Assembly (NCBI RefSeq): GCF_009914755.1
Contig: NC_060947.1
Origin: the human T2T-CHM13v2.0 reference genome, Homo sapiens
Reading direction: 5' to 3' (one strand)
DNA length: 64,000 bases
The stretch's first letter is position 1. Each line of letters opens with the position of its first letter. Positions 46,601 through 62,944 of this stretch are shown one piece after another. The translations under genes were made by a program, and so were the position numbers. Under the pieces are notes generated by a model, which did not search any database, was not told the DNA's origin, and saw nothing but the letters and a program-made list of their open reading frames with translations.

Positions 46601-48454
46601 ACTCTCAATCTGAGAAAATTATTTCTTTTAAGAGCCCCAGAATAACATATGGCAATTATACAATCAATATTTACTACAGCTTCAGAAATGCCACTCACTC
46701 TTTTGGAGGTCTGCAGAGATTGTCAAACCTCCAATTTTAACTTCTAAGGGATACTGAAATTTTCTCCACTTCCTCTTTCCCTTATCCTTTTGGAGGGAAA
46801 AAAGTTGTTTACTAAGTTGTTTTCTTTGGTCACTTAAAGTTCATTACTTCTTGTTGCATAATAATGGGCCATGTGACTCCTTATTAATCTTTTCCACCCT
46901 GAAGCAAAATCTTTTCCTGAATCATTACTGCTTCTCCAGTTCTTTGTAAACACTGGCTGACAAAAATGTGTGGGTGCTGGAAGGCCCCCAAATACCAGAG
47001 ATAAGATGAAAGTTCATCAAATCTCTGCTTCAGATCAGTTCTTTCTGCTTAAAGAGTAAGGCAGTATAGTCTTTCTCTTAACTCTACTTGGTTTTTTTTT
47101 TTTTTTTAAATAATTTTCCTCTTTAAGGCCAGATTTCACTCTAATTTTGTCTGGTCTGTGACTCTAAAATTATTTGATAAAGCCTCCACTTTATTTATTT
47201 ATTTTTGCTGAAGACATCAAATGAATCAATTTGACATATGGAAAAATACTAAAAGATCGTCCTCATAAAATATTGTGTCATGGGTTGGGGAAGGGTCTGT
47301 TGAGGGTAGTATACAGAAGAAGAATTTTATTTAATACTTAAAAGCAATTTTCCCCTGAAGGGAAGAAATTGCCAGTTTGGCTTTGGTCTCAAATCTGCTA
47401 TTATGATGAAACACCAATAATAAGTTTATACTGTATGTCTGATGGCAATGCATCTGATTTAGATTCTATTAAATTCAGTGAAAAATTATTGGCTGGAGGA
47501 GGAGGGATGGTTGAAAGAAGAACATTAGAGTTTCCTGAGAAGCCTTTTTTCTTTTGTGAGAATGAGAGAATGTTCCACAGGCAGAGGGAGAAAGAGATGA
47601 AAAGGCCTATACTGTTAAGAAGCTAATAAAGAGACCTTTGCACAATGATTCCCAGACAATGATGTGGCTGAGATTCAGTGTCTGCTGTGGGCATCTGTCA
47701 CATCAATAAGTTGGACATCTCCAGGGCTGATGTCAAGAGATGTAGCTGTGTAGCTGCCCTAGCTATTGACCCCAAACCAGTCAGGTCAAATCTGTGTTTG
47801 ATTGTTCCCATCATTCTCTCATTCCTCTAAATGATTCTTAGTTCTAGTTGGCTTTGGGCTGGACTAGCCTGGAAAAACCCCAGGCTGCACTCTGCTGAGG
47901 GGCAGTAGGAGCCATCTCTACCCCAGGAACCCAAAGGCTATCCCCAGCTGAAAGGTAGCAAACCTGAGCTGCAGCAACTCTGCAAAGGATGCTGGGAGAG
48001 CAGCTGGTCTGTGCCAAGGGAACCTCTACTGAGCTGAAAGTTTTGCTGTGCGAGACAGGACCGCCTCTTGACAGGGATGCTGAGATTTGAACTTGGGAGG
48101 TGCTCAGTTGTTATAAGATATTGGACAGGCACTTCCTGTAAAAGGATTCTGTTTCAACTAAATAGTGTTCAGTTTACAGTTACTTTGGACCCAAAGAAGG
48201 AATTTTTGTCTGTTTGGATTGTAACAAGGTCTCTGAGTAGAGATGCATAGACAATATATAGAGGAGTGGGAAGGAGGGGGGCAGAGCAATCGAGTAGTGT
48301 CTTGTAAGTGAGGCCTGCAGCCCTATCTCCTTATCCTTTAGGCCTCTTTAGTGAAAAGTCAGCTCAGAAGTGGATCTGGGTTCCAAAAGGTACTTGATGT
48401 TTTATGGATCAAGCCTGAGAAAAGCACATCTAAAACAGAGGTTACAGAGTTTTG

Positions 48455-48808
48455 CCTGCTGTGTTCCCCAGGATGCAGATTCTGATGGAGAGATTCGTGT
48501 GCAGAGAGTTTATTAGGGGTGCTCTCAGGATCAACACCTGTGAAAGAGGAAAAAGTAGCAGGATTTGGAAGGGAGAATTTGAGCTACAGTGAAGTTGCAA
48601 CACAGGTCTCTGTTGATCCTGTGGAGAGCTCTAAAGCATTGGCCCATAATCAGATGAGGGCACCTCCAGTAAAGGGGCACATCTTTGCCAAGGAAGATAT
48701 TTCCATCAAGGGAAAAATGCTCAGTCTCCAACACTCCAGGCAGGTGGGGAAATGAGTAGTTCAATTCTGAAGGGTGGATCAGGGTGGCATGTCAGAGCAT
48801 CCGCTACA
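48455..48808 (-). mobile_element. LTR16-like ERVL LTR
   Basis: gcagattctgatggag..gtttattaggggtgctctcaggatcaacacctgtg; ends gcatccgctaca. Confidence 0.6.
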
Positions 48809-48843
48809 CTGAGCTAGAAAGAAAGCTAAAGAATTTGGTTCTC

Positions 48844-49145
48844 AGCTGGGCGCAGTGGCTCATGCCTGTAACCCCAGCACTTTGGAGGCCAAGATGGGCA
48901 GATCACGAGGTCAGGAGATCGAGACCATCCTGGCTAACATGGTGAAACCCCGTCTCTACTAACAATACAAAAACAAAATTAGCCAGGCGCGGTGGTGGGC
49001 ACCTGTAGTCCTAACTACTCAGGAGGCTGAGGCAGGGGAATGGCGTGAACCCAGGAGGCAGAGCTTGCAGTGAGCCGAGATCGCGCCACTGCACTCCAGC
49101 CTGGGCGACAGGGTGAGACTCCATCTCAAAAAAAAAAAAAAAAAA
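48844..49145 (+). mobile_element. AluY
   Basis: Y diagnostics (gagatcgagaccatcctggctaac, aatggcgtgaacc, gagcttgcag); TSD aaagaatttggttctc. Confidence 0.96.
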
Positions 49146-49451
49146 AAAGAATTTGGTTCTCTTCCAAAGAAAAGGGAGGGGTAGGGGAGGTGGATGATAA
49201 TAAGGGAAGGAATAAAGATGTCATACCAATTTATCCCTTTTAAGTTTCAATTTAAAAAGTTGAGTGCTTACTGGAGTCTAGGCATTAGAGATATACAGAT
49301 GAGCAAGACAAGATTCCTCCCTCTGAGAAACCCATAGTCTGCTGGAAAGATAGGTGTATTAGAAATTAACCACCAATCAACATGATTATGAAGGCACTGA
49401 ACAGGTAGAATGTGGTGCAGAAGGAGCTGCCAGATAAACTAATATGTGCTA

Positions 49452-49831
<380 letters not shown>

Positions 49832-50395
49832 TTACGGAGAAGAGCTTTTCTCCTGAGTTGTTACTCAGGAAAGTGCAATTGTCGATAGTGTCAGATAAAT
49901 TATTTTCAAAAACATTAGCACTTTCTTTTGGATAAAAAAATGTTTGGTGACTGAAATCCGAAAAAGGGAAGAGGAAGGGAAGGTGGGCAACAATAAGGGA
50001 AGTAGTAAAGACAATGTCATAGCCACTTTTGCAGAGGTGGAACTAGAACTCACATTTTCTATCCTCAGTCCAGAGTTCTTTTTTTTTCCCCCAGCACTGA
50101 ATTTTCCCTGCCCAGCCCTTCCCACCAAGTACCCTTTCTTCCATTAACTGATATTCTTTTTGCTGGAGCACACTGTCTATACTTGGTTAGGTGAAATCTC
50201 CTGATGGCCATGGACCTGATCCCCTCTGAGAGACAATCAGCCTTGCTCCATTCCCTGGCCACAAGAATGTACCCTTAGCGGAATTCTTGCTGTGGTGTGC
50301 TAGTGTTCCCACTAGAGAGCAAGATGAGAGAGAGGGGATAGATCAGTGCAAACTGATCAGCAAGACCAAGGTGGATATTAAAATATTTTAAAAGT

Positions 50396-50520
50396 ATATT
50401 TTTAGAGACAGGGTCTCACAATGTTGTCCAGGCTGGTCTTGAACTCCTGGTCTCAAGCGATCCTCCTACCTCAGCCTCCCGAGTAGCTGCGACTACAGGT
50501 GTGCGCTACAGTGCCCAGCT
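50396..50520 (-). mobile_element. FLAM (free left Alu monomer)
   Basis: Single antisense monomer gagacagggtctc..ctcccgagtagctg..gcccagc. Confidence 0.85.
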
Positions 50521-51227
50521 GGATATGCAGGTATTTATCACCTGGTGCATCATGGAACCCCACTAAGCAGGCTGAAGACAACCAGCATGGCTAAAACTGT
50601 GCAAACAGGTTGAATATCAGCCTGTCCAGGATTATTTTTAAAAATTGCAAGCACTTATCTTCTAAAAATAATTTCTATTTGTAAAGAGCATTCTTGTTAT
50701 TACCATTGAGCCAATTATTTTCCTAATTTATTGAACTGCTAAATTGTAGCATTTCGAGAAATTAATCAAGGGTGAACTGGAGCAAAGACTAACATGTTTC
50801 TCCTGTAAGCAGGAGGGCTGGAGATGACACTAAAATTATTGATGGGGCTCCCAGTGGGGCTTCAACAGCCACACATCTGAAGCCTGTGTTTCTTTATTTC
50901 CTTATTCCTTTTTCTCTGTAAAACCAAATTAACAATGTTTCTTGGTTACAATTTACTTTCATTAAAATGACACTCTTATATGTTCACAAGTAAGCTTATT
51001 TTTAGTCTTCTTAAAAATGTTATAAATTTAAATACATACAAGAAAGATGGAGAAGACTGTAATAAATACCTGTGGTCTCACCTTCCAAAATGACGAACCT
51101 TTACATTTGGTCATTTTTGCTTCAGATTTGAAGTGAAGTTGAAGACTCCTCCTGTTAATCTCACACTTCTCCCTCATTGCCTTCCCCAGAGGCAATCACT
51201 ATCACAGATTTTGTATGTCTCCTTCAG

Positions 51228-51616
51228 GCGCAATGGTTCTCAACCCTGGCTGCATATCAGGATTACCTGGGAGTCTGTTGAAAATCCCTGGTTTCTGGAC
51301 CAATGCCGGCAAAATAAAATCAGAATCTGTGTAGGAAGGAGAGAACTCAAGCCTCAGTTAGTTTTTTTCTAAATCAAAGTGATTTCTATTCACTTCTTCA
51401 GTATGATTTTCACAGATTCTTAAGAGTATTTTTGTGTATGTTTTTCACCCCCTATTTAATGTAGATATGGATATGTAGTTTTACTTCTTGAAACTAAGGA
51501 TCACTAGAGTGACAAAGGGAAGAACTGAGACTTACCCTCTTTCCCCACATCAGTAGTTTTTAAAGCTCCTCAGGTGATCCCAATGTGCAGCCAAGACTGA
51601 GAACTAACCACTGTCT
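51228..51616. mobile_element. MER5-like fragments
   Basis: caatggttctcaaccctggctgc at the start and caggtgatcccaatgtgcagccaag..gagaac at the end. Confidence 0.55.
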
Positions 51617-51682
51617 AGCCCATGTTTGTATACTTTTAGTACATGTGTATCTATGAAAAATGCATTTTATTGCCTGTGTGTA

Positions 51683-51979
<297 letters not shown>

Positions 51980-52043
51980 TGCTTGTGTATGTATTTTAGA
52001 AGAATACGTAAATGAGATCCTAATATAATGTTATGCACCCGCA

Positions 52044-55476
<3,433 letters not shown>

Positions 55477-56350
55477 TTTTTTAATTTTATTTTTTTATTT
55501 GTATTTTTTTATTTTTTAGTATTTATTGATCATTCTTGGGTGTTTCTCGGAGAGGGGGATGTGGCAGGGTCATAGGATAATAGTGGAGAGAAGGTCAGCA
55601 GATAAACACGTGAACAAAGGTCTCTGGTTTTCCTAGGCAGAGGTCCCTGCGGCCTTCCGCAGTGTTTGTGTCCCTGGGTACTTGAGATTAGGGAGTGGTG
55701 ATGACTCTTAAGGAGCATGCTGCCTTCAAGCATCTGTTTAACAAAGCACATCTTGCACCGTCCTTGATCCATTTAACCGTGAGTTGACACAGCACATGTT
55801 TCAGAGAGCACGGGTTGGGGGTAAGGTTATAGATTAACAGCATCCCAAGGCAGAAGAATTTTTCTTAGTACAGAACAAAATGGAATCTCCTATGTCTACT
55901 TCTTTCTACACAGACACAGTAACAATCTGATCTCTCTTTCTTTTCCCCACATTTTCCCCTTTTCTTTTCGACAAAACCACCATCGTCATCATGGCCTGTT
56001 CTCGATGGTTGCTGTCTCTTTGGAGCTGTTGGGTACACCTGCAGAAAGGCTGTCACTTCACACTTGGAAGATTGCACAGCGGCCAGGCAGAGGCGCTCCT
56101 CACTTCCCAGACGGGGTGGTGGCTGGGCAGAGGCGCTCCTCACTTCCCAGACGGGGTGGTGGCTGGGCAGAGGCGCTCCTCATTTCCCAGACGGGGTGGT
56201 GGCTGGGCAGAGGCGCTCCTCACTTCCCAGATGGGGCGGCCGGGCAGAGACGCTCCTCACCTCCCAGACGGGGCGGCCGGGCAGAGGCGCTCACTTCCTA
56301 GATGGGGCGGCCGGGCAGAGGAACTCCTCACATCCCAGATGATGGGTGGG
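55477..56350 (-). mobile_element. 5'-truncated SVA_A-like element
   Basis: AT-rich tail; SINE-R with older-type variants (aaggttatagattaacagc, extra cctgcagaaaggctgtcacttcacacttggaag segment); several 40-bp VNTR units; ends within the VNTR. Confidence 0.93.
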
Positions 56351-56845
56351 TTTTCAATGGCATCTCATCATTTTTGTAGATGAAACTAAAACCCTTCATT
56401 TTAGTTCAAGAAGTTCCTCATGATCTGATCCATGCCTGGCTCTCTAGCATTTAGTCCTGCCTCCTTCCTCCTATATCCCACTGAATTTCTCACCTTTTCT
56501 CCTCCTCCACAATGCTGTTTCATGCCTCCAGACCCTCACACGTGCTGTTGCATCTGCCCAGAACCTCATTCCTTCTTCTTCTGAGTGGCTTAGCATTCTG
56601 ATCTCATGTCACTTCCACTAGGAAGCCTTCTCTGACCTTTTCACTTGAGCCAGAACCTCCTCTCTTGGACTCTTGCAGTAGCCAGATATAATATAGTCAT
56701 GGTCTCATTGTGCTATATTATAATTGTGGGTTTACTTGCCCATCTCCCCCACTAGAATATGAGTTCACTGAGGCCAAGGACTGGGTCTTCATCTTGTGTT
56801 CTTTTTTTATCACTAGATACAAAGAAAGCTTGGTAAATACTTACA
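56351..56845 (+). mobile_element. L2 fragment
   Basis: catgatctg..tgctgttgcatctgcccagaa..ggaagccttctctgacc..tctcccccactaga. Confidence 0.7.
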
Positions 56846-57534
56846 AGGGCATCTAGGCTTGGCTTAAATTCTTCAAGTAACAGACAGTTTGCTACCTCAA
56901 AGAAACCCTGTTACATTTTTACATTATTTCAAAGTTCTTCCTCACAGCAAGCTGGACTCTGCCTCCCAGTAATTTCTAATCACTTGTCCTTGTTCTGTCC
57001 TTAGGGCCTAAATCTCTTATTAAAAGACAGTGATCTACTCCCCAAACTGGGCTTTGGCCAGGGATACGGCTGTAACTGGTAGTTCTTTTTGAAACAATTT
57101 AGGACTGCTTGTTTTGGGTATGAATTCTTCTTTTCAATGAATATTTGATTTAAGGTAAGAAAAAAATTGAGTTTCTTCTAAAGTGTTTCAGTCTGTTATG
57201 CTATTTTGGTGTGTCCCCAAAATCTGCTTTCCTGAAAACATTTTGCTACCTTAATTCAAGCAAAGTAGTTACATTCAGCACATTATTTGTCACTTCAATG
57301 ATGACAGTTATCCTTTCCCTCCACCTTTTCATGCAGACTCAATGGATTTCATTGGATTCTTTGTTCTCTGTTCTGGGCATTCCGTGGTGCTGACTTGCTA
57401 GCAGTTCTGTGCACTATCATGTTACTGCTCAGTGCCCCAGGCTTTGGCTGAAGAGGCCTGGCCTAGATCTGCCCGTGAGTTCTGGTACCACATCTGCAAA
57501 GTTCTGTGGAAATGCCGCACCTTAGCACAGGCTA

Positions 57535-57712
57535 GAGTTTCTCAAAGGATCATCTGCATTAGAATCTTTCAGCAAGTTGGTTAAAAATGCAGATTCCTGA
57601 ACTCCTACTCCTGATCTTCCAGGTGAAAATCTGAGGATGAGGCCTCATAGTGCATATTTTAAGAAGCCTCTGGATGATTCTCATACTAACTAAGGTGAAG
57701 AACCACTGTCCT
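57535..57712. mobile_element. MER5A/B
   Basis: tttctcaaa..gcattagaatc..ttaaaaatgcagattcctg..gaagaaccactg. Confidence 0.75.
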
Positions 57713-58464
57713 AGATGTTGGCAAAATAATCACCAAATACACCATCAGTCATCTGTTCTGGATATTCATTTATATCTACGTAGATGCAAACCTGTATCAA
57801 TGTCCTATCTACTCATTTTGCTTTTTTCTCAATTATAAGCTCAGTGAGGGCAGAGATCCTATCTATTTTGGTCATTGTAGCCCCAGTGCCCAGGATAGTG
57901 TATGGCACACAGGTGCTGTTGAATGAAAGCACAGGAAACAAACATGTCTTTTTCATTGATCCTTGTAATACTGGGAAAGGCTACAGTGGAAATGAAGTGA
58001 GAGGCATGGGAACCAAAGGAGAAAACTAAAATGCATGTAATCACAGTGTATGGTGGACCCAGAGCTCTGGAGAAAGCCCTCCCATTAGTTAGTTCTGTAG
58101 GTGCAAGGTCTTCAGGCCATTCTTTTTGACTGTAACAGGCTGAGCAGCTGTACCTTGAAGAGACAGAGACTCCAATATGAATTCCTCCCTCCACACCAAC
58201 CTCAATGTCTTTGGAGTTTGAGGAATGAGGGAAAGGCAAGATATGACAAGGGATTGCATTGTCATATCATCACTCATCACTCAAATAAATTAAAGCCTCA
58301 AGGAATTTTAATAATAATGGCTATAACAATTACCTTGAGAAGGTAGGATGTGGAGTTGCTATGAATCACACAGACTGGGTTTATATTCCAACTCTTACTA
58401 GCTTAATTTCTCTTTACTTCAGTTTCTTCATCAGTAAACGGAGATAACTTGATTATGTAATCCA

Positions 58465-59340
58465 TGTGTGCTAGTTAAGGTAATGTCAGTTACCATACCG
58501 TAGATACCCTCAAACCTCTTGGTTTACTACAATTGAAGTTTATTACTGATCACATAAAGTCCAAATGGACGTTCTGGTCTGGTGAGTGGCTCCTCTCCAC
58601 ATGGTGATTCGGGGACCCAGGTTCTGTCTATATTGTAGAGTCCTCAGCTAGAACCTCTGCATTCAGTCAACAGACAGAGGAAGAGAAAGTGAGAAGGCAC
58701 ACCAGCTCCTAAACCACTTTGGCATGAAAGTGACACATGGCCATTTCCACTCAACATTTCATTGGGAAGAACTAGTCACATGGCAAATCTAGAAGCAAGG
58801 GAATATGAGAAATGTAGTTTAGTTGTGTGCTCAAGAAGAAACATGTATCACTTTTTGTTTCATTACAAGCAATCACAAAACTTAGTGGTTTTGAACAACA
58901 GCCCTTTATGTAGTTCACAATTCTGTGTGGCAGCAATTTGGGCTGGGATTAGCTAGGCAGTTATGCTGATCCCAGTCAGACTCACTTGATCTCAGCAAGG
59001 CTTACTCATGGCAAATGTGGTCAGCTGCCATGTTGGCTGGGGACTGGTTAGTCTAGGATGGCCTTATCTGGAAAAGCATGTCTTTATTCCATTTGTCTTT
59101 CACTCTCCAGTAAGCTAGGCCAGTCTTGTTTATATGGTAGGTAGGCAGGCTCCCAAGAGCAAGAGCAAAAGTCTGCAAAGCATGTTGAGGCCTAAGCTTG
59201 TAAATCACACAAGGTAGCTTCTCTCACATGGTTGTCCAGAATCAAGGAGTAGAGATATATAAGCTACAAAGAATTGTGGCCATTTTTGCAACCTATCGAA
59301 AAGAGGAAATATGTTTAATTAAATAGGTGGTCTGTAACTT
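58465..59340 (-). mobile_element. MLT1J-like LTR with a nested MLT1 LTR (about 58843-59300)
   Basis: Outer element has cattgggaagaactagtcacatggc..aaatgtagttt; inner element runs tgtatca..aaaacttagtgg..tggccatttttgcaa. Confidence 0.65.
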
Positions 59341-59389
59341 GTTTAACAGAGTACATGACATCACAGTAAGTTCCCAATAGATTAATCTA

Positions 59390-59600
59390 TTGTCATTATT
59401 ATTGTTATAATTTATTGAATATCTACTATATGTTAGGCTCTGTACTAGGCAATTTATATATATATTATCTTATTAAATTACCACAACTATTTATTTTACA
59501 TATGAAGAAACTGAAGCTCAAAAAGATAAAGAAAACTACCGGAGGCCATTTGATTAATAAATGATGGTACCAAAGCTCACATTCCCTACTTCCTTATGTC
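59390..59600 (-). mobile_element. MIR
   Basis: attttacatatgaagaaactgaagctca. Confidence 0.7.
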
Positions 59601-61539
59601 TTAGGATGCAAACTAAGCTTGGATTGCCTGAAACTCTGAAGGAGAAACAAAACTTGAAGCTAAGATGAAATTAAATATTTAAGAAAGTCTGAGGAATGAC
59701 ATGGGAAGAAAGAACCGGGCATTCTGACCTGAAATATGAGGGTGATGCCCAGAGCCAGTTTTGGCAGATGACCCTCAAGTTGGTCACAGCTCATCTCAAG
59801 GGCAAAGCAATGATGATTATTGTGACTCATTTGATATTGTATGTTGCCTGGTTCTTTCCCTTTTCACAGAGGATGAGGAAATTCCTTTCTGATCAAAGAA
59901 TCTGTGTTCGTGTTAGAAGATCTTGAGTAGAAGGAAGGAGGTAGAAGGCAAGTGGGTAGAAGAAAGGGAAATTTAGCTTAGGAGTAGAAAATACTAGAGC
60001 AGAGGAGGAATTTAAAATCCCCTAGGCCAGATATTCCCAGCATCTTTTGGGAATGAGGACACAGATAAGATAGAACTTTGTTGATATTATAGACAAGGCT
60101 TAGAGAGCATATGTTGAAAAACATATTGCAGTAACCTCATTGCCTCTCAGGAGTCTGCAGCCCATAGGTTGGGAACTGAGGATCTAGTCCTGAAGAGTAG
60201 ATAGGTTTAATTTTGAGACCAACTGTATTAATTTGGTAGTGATTACTGGAAGCACTGTGTTGAGATAGATTCTGAGGACACATCTAGATGTTAACAGAAA
60301 AGATTGCTATGAGTGATTATTGATCTCTCTCACTGGTCTGGACAAGGATGGTGGTGGCATGTATACTAAGTATGTTTTCTATCTCTGATACAGTCACATC
60401 TTCGTAAGAAGAACTGCAGCAAAGGAAGTTGGCATGATTTTCTTCCTATTACGAAGTGAGTTAATAGAAGCAAACCTAGATCCCTGATGTCCTGATTCAT
60501 GCCTTTTCCATGACACTAAGCCAGTTAAAGAACCATATTTTTTGTTACCATTTATTCTCAGGCAAAATATGTTTTTCAATTTTCTTTCTATGTTGCCCCT
60601 GTTTTTTCTGGAAGTCTGCTTTCATGCCAGACATGGTATAGTTTTCTTCTTTCATTTAAGAAAACAAAATTAACCAAAGTTTATTCAGGGATTGCCTGGT
60701 GAATTTAACGGATTGTTGAAAAAAGGGTCTCATCTCTGCTCCATTTCCATGTCCCCCCTATGGTTATGACACATTTGTGCCCAACCATTAGACTTTGAGA
60801 TTAGAGGACTAGCTCATTGCTGAACTAAAATCTAGTTCAATTCAAGAAAACCCGGTGAAAGTCCCCTTTTCTCCTCCTTTTCTCTCCGTCCTCAACCTCC
60901 GAGTCCTCTTGTTCTCTTTCTATTTTAATGCTTTTCAGGTACCTGAGATTAATTAATTTGTTTACTCATATGCACACTCCTGCCCCCACCACACACACAC
61001 CTCTATACCCATGAAACTTGAGGTTCCCACAAAACCTTTGTTCACCAGAGCTAGAATGGATTTAGGCTTCATCCAGTTTATCTTCTGAGGACATTAAGGC
61101 TCAGAGAGGGCAGAGCTTGAAGCCAATGTTCCAGGATCCAGTACACAAAATGGCCAGTTTGCTGAATGGCCAATGCACAACCCAGTCTTGCTTTTGTGAA
61201 CTCTTTAGTTTATGGGTTTTCATTTTGTCTTCATTTTAAGGATTGTTACGTTTGCCTCTGCCCTAGCTTTCTCCTACTGCAGCTGAGTCTGGGGAGAAGA
61301 GAAAGGGGAGAATGAAGAGCATGAAAAGATTGGATAAAGAATGTGAATAATTTCTCTTAGCATCTTCTCTATTAATAATATATAATTAAAATGCTTCAGA
61401 TATATTCAGAATGTATTGTTGAATAAGATTCCATTAATGAAGGACTCTAAAAAAGAACATACTATCATGACCCCACTCCCCTGATAAGCATATGAATAAA
61501 TTTCCCCTGTACCCCTAAATTTTCTCTCTCTCCCTTTCT

Positions 61540-61765
61540 CTGGTCCTCAGTCCTAGAAGCCTTTCTTCTTACCTTCTCTCAATTCTCTCAAAACACCAAG
61601 CTCTTTCTTATCTCATGACCTTTGCACTTGCTGTTCTCTATGCTTTGAATGCCCTACCCCCTCTTAGCATCAATATCTCCCTGGCATTTTTAAAGTCTCA
61701 GCTTAAATGTTCTCTTTTTAGTGAGGCTTTACTCAGTCACCTAATATAACTTCACCACTTTATCC
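61540..61765 (+). mobile_element. L2 fragment
   Basis: acctttgcacttgctgttc..tctcagcttaaatg..gtgaggc. Confidence 0.65.
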
Positions 61766-61767
61766 CA

Positions 61768-62185
61768 TGTATCAGTTAGTTTTTGCCATGTAACAAACAC
61801 CTCAACATTTAGTGGCTTAAAACAACCAGCGTTTATTTAACTCATGATTCTGCTGGGCCCAACTGGGCTCACTCATGGATCTGAACTTGGCTGGTGAGTT
61901 GGTGAGGTCCCAGATGACCTCAGTCACATGTCTAGTGGTTGGCTGGCTGTCACTTGGGGTGATGGGGATAACAGGGCCATATATTGCTTATTCTCCAGAA
62001 GGCTAACCCAGGCTTGTTCACATAACATCTTAGAGTTCCAAGAACAAGAGTGTAAGTCCTTAAATGTAAACACTTTTCAAGTCTCTGCCTACATTGTATT
62101 TATTGTGATCATAGTGGCCAAAGCATATCAAAAGGCCACCCCAGATTGAAGGGGAAGAGAAAGACTTCACCTCTTGAAAAGAGAA
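61768..62185 (-). mobile_element. MLT1 LTR lacking its 5' end
   Basis: tgtatcagttag..tagtggcttaaaacaacc..cccagattgaagggg. Confidence 0.7.
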
Positions 62186-62561
62186 CACAAGTAGAGGTTT
62201 GAAAAGCCCTTGCACATTGGAGTTTGCTCTCTCACTGTGCTTGGGACCCTGAAGCACTGTATGACAAGCCTAGTATAGCCTGCTGGAGATTGAGGCTACA
62301 GGGAAGAGAATTAAGGTGCCCCAGCTAATAGCCTGCCAATCACCAGACATGTGAGTGAGGCTGTCCTGTATCATCTGGCTTCCAGCTGATCCACCAGCTG
62401 AGTATAGACATGTGAGAGAGCTGAGCAGAGATCAGCAGAGTCAGCCCAGATTTTTAAATCACCTGGTCAACTCACAGAATTGTGAGCTAAATAAAATATT
62501 TATTGATTTAAGCCACTGTGGTTTGGGGTGGTTCGTTACACAACAAAAGCTAACCAGTACA
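62186..62561 (+). mobile_element. MLT1 LTR 3' portion
   Basis: ccagacatgtgagtgagg..cacagaattgtgagc..taagccac; ends gctaaccagtaca. Confidence 0.7.
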
Positions 62562-62626
62562 GGGGGCCTCGATTAAGAAACCAGACTGAATCAGAGAATA
62601 ATATATGATCCTATGTGGTTAGGTCT

Positions 62627-62930
62627 TGTAGCTGACAGTATTAATGCCCCACCCTTAATTGGTCAGGCCTTACCATTTCTGTCCATGTTTATCTGACTTC
62701 CAACTGCCAATTTCTGCATTTTTTTTGCCAAAGGGCTTTCTCTGGGCACCAGAGCCCACCTTGCCTGTGCACACAGTGGGCCAGAAGTTCTGGAGAATTG
62801 ACATTTACTATGAGCAGCCTTCAACCAATGATGAATGGGAGTTCATGTATATATAACCCAATAACTTGCAAAGTGAACAATATTTTCCAGACCATCTCCT
62901 GGAGTTCCCCAGTGGGACTGTGCTCCAGGA
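62627..62930 (+). mobile_element. LTR16-like LTR, cut by the retrocopy
   Basis: tgtagc..atgcccca..tcaaccaatgatgaatgggag..gagttccccagtggga. Confidence 0.55.
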
Positions 62931-62944
62931 ATTGGTAAAGAGCT

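Noticed and set aside
56083-56345. Near-identical 40-bp direct repeats that superficially resemble a CRISPR array
   Set aside because: The units are contiguous with no unique spacers; this is an SVA VNTR in primate DNA.
57859-58239. 126-aa minus-strand ORF
   Set aside because: No recognisable domain, overlaps an L2 end, and its length is within chance expectation.
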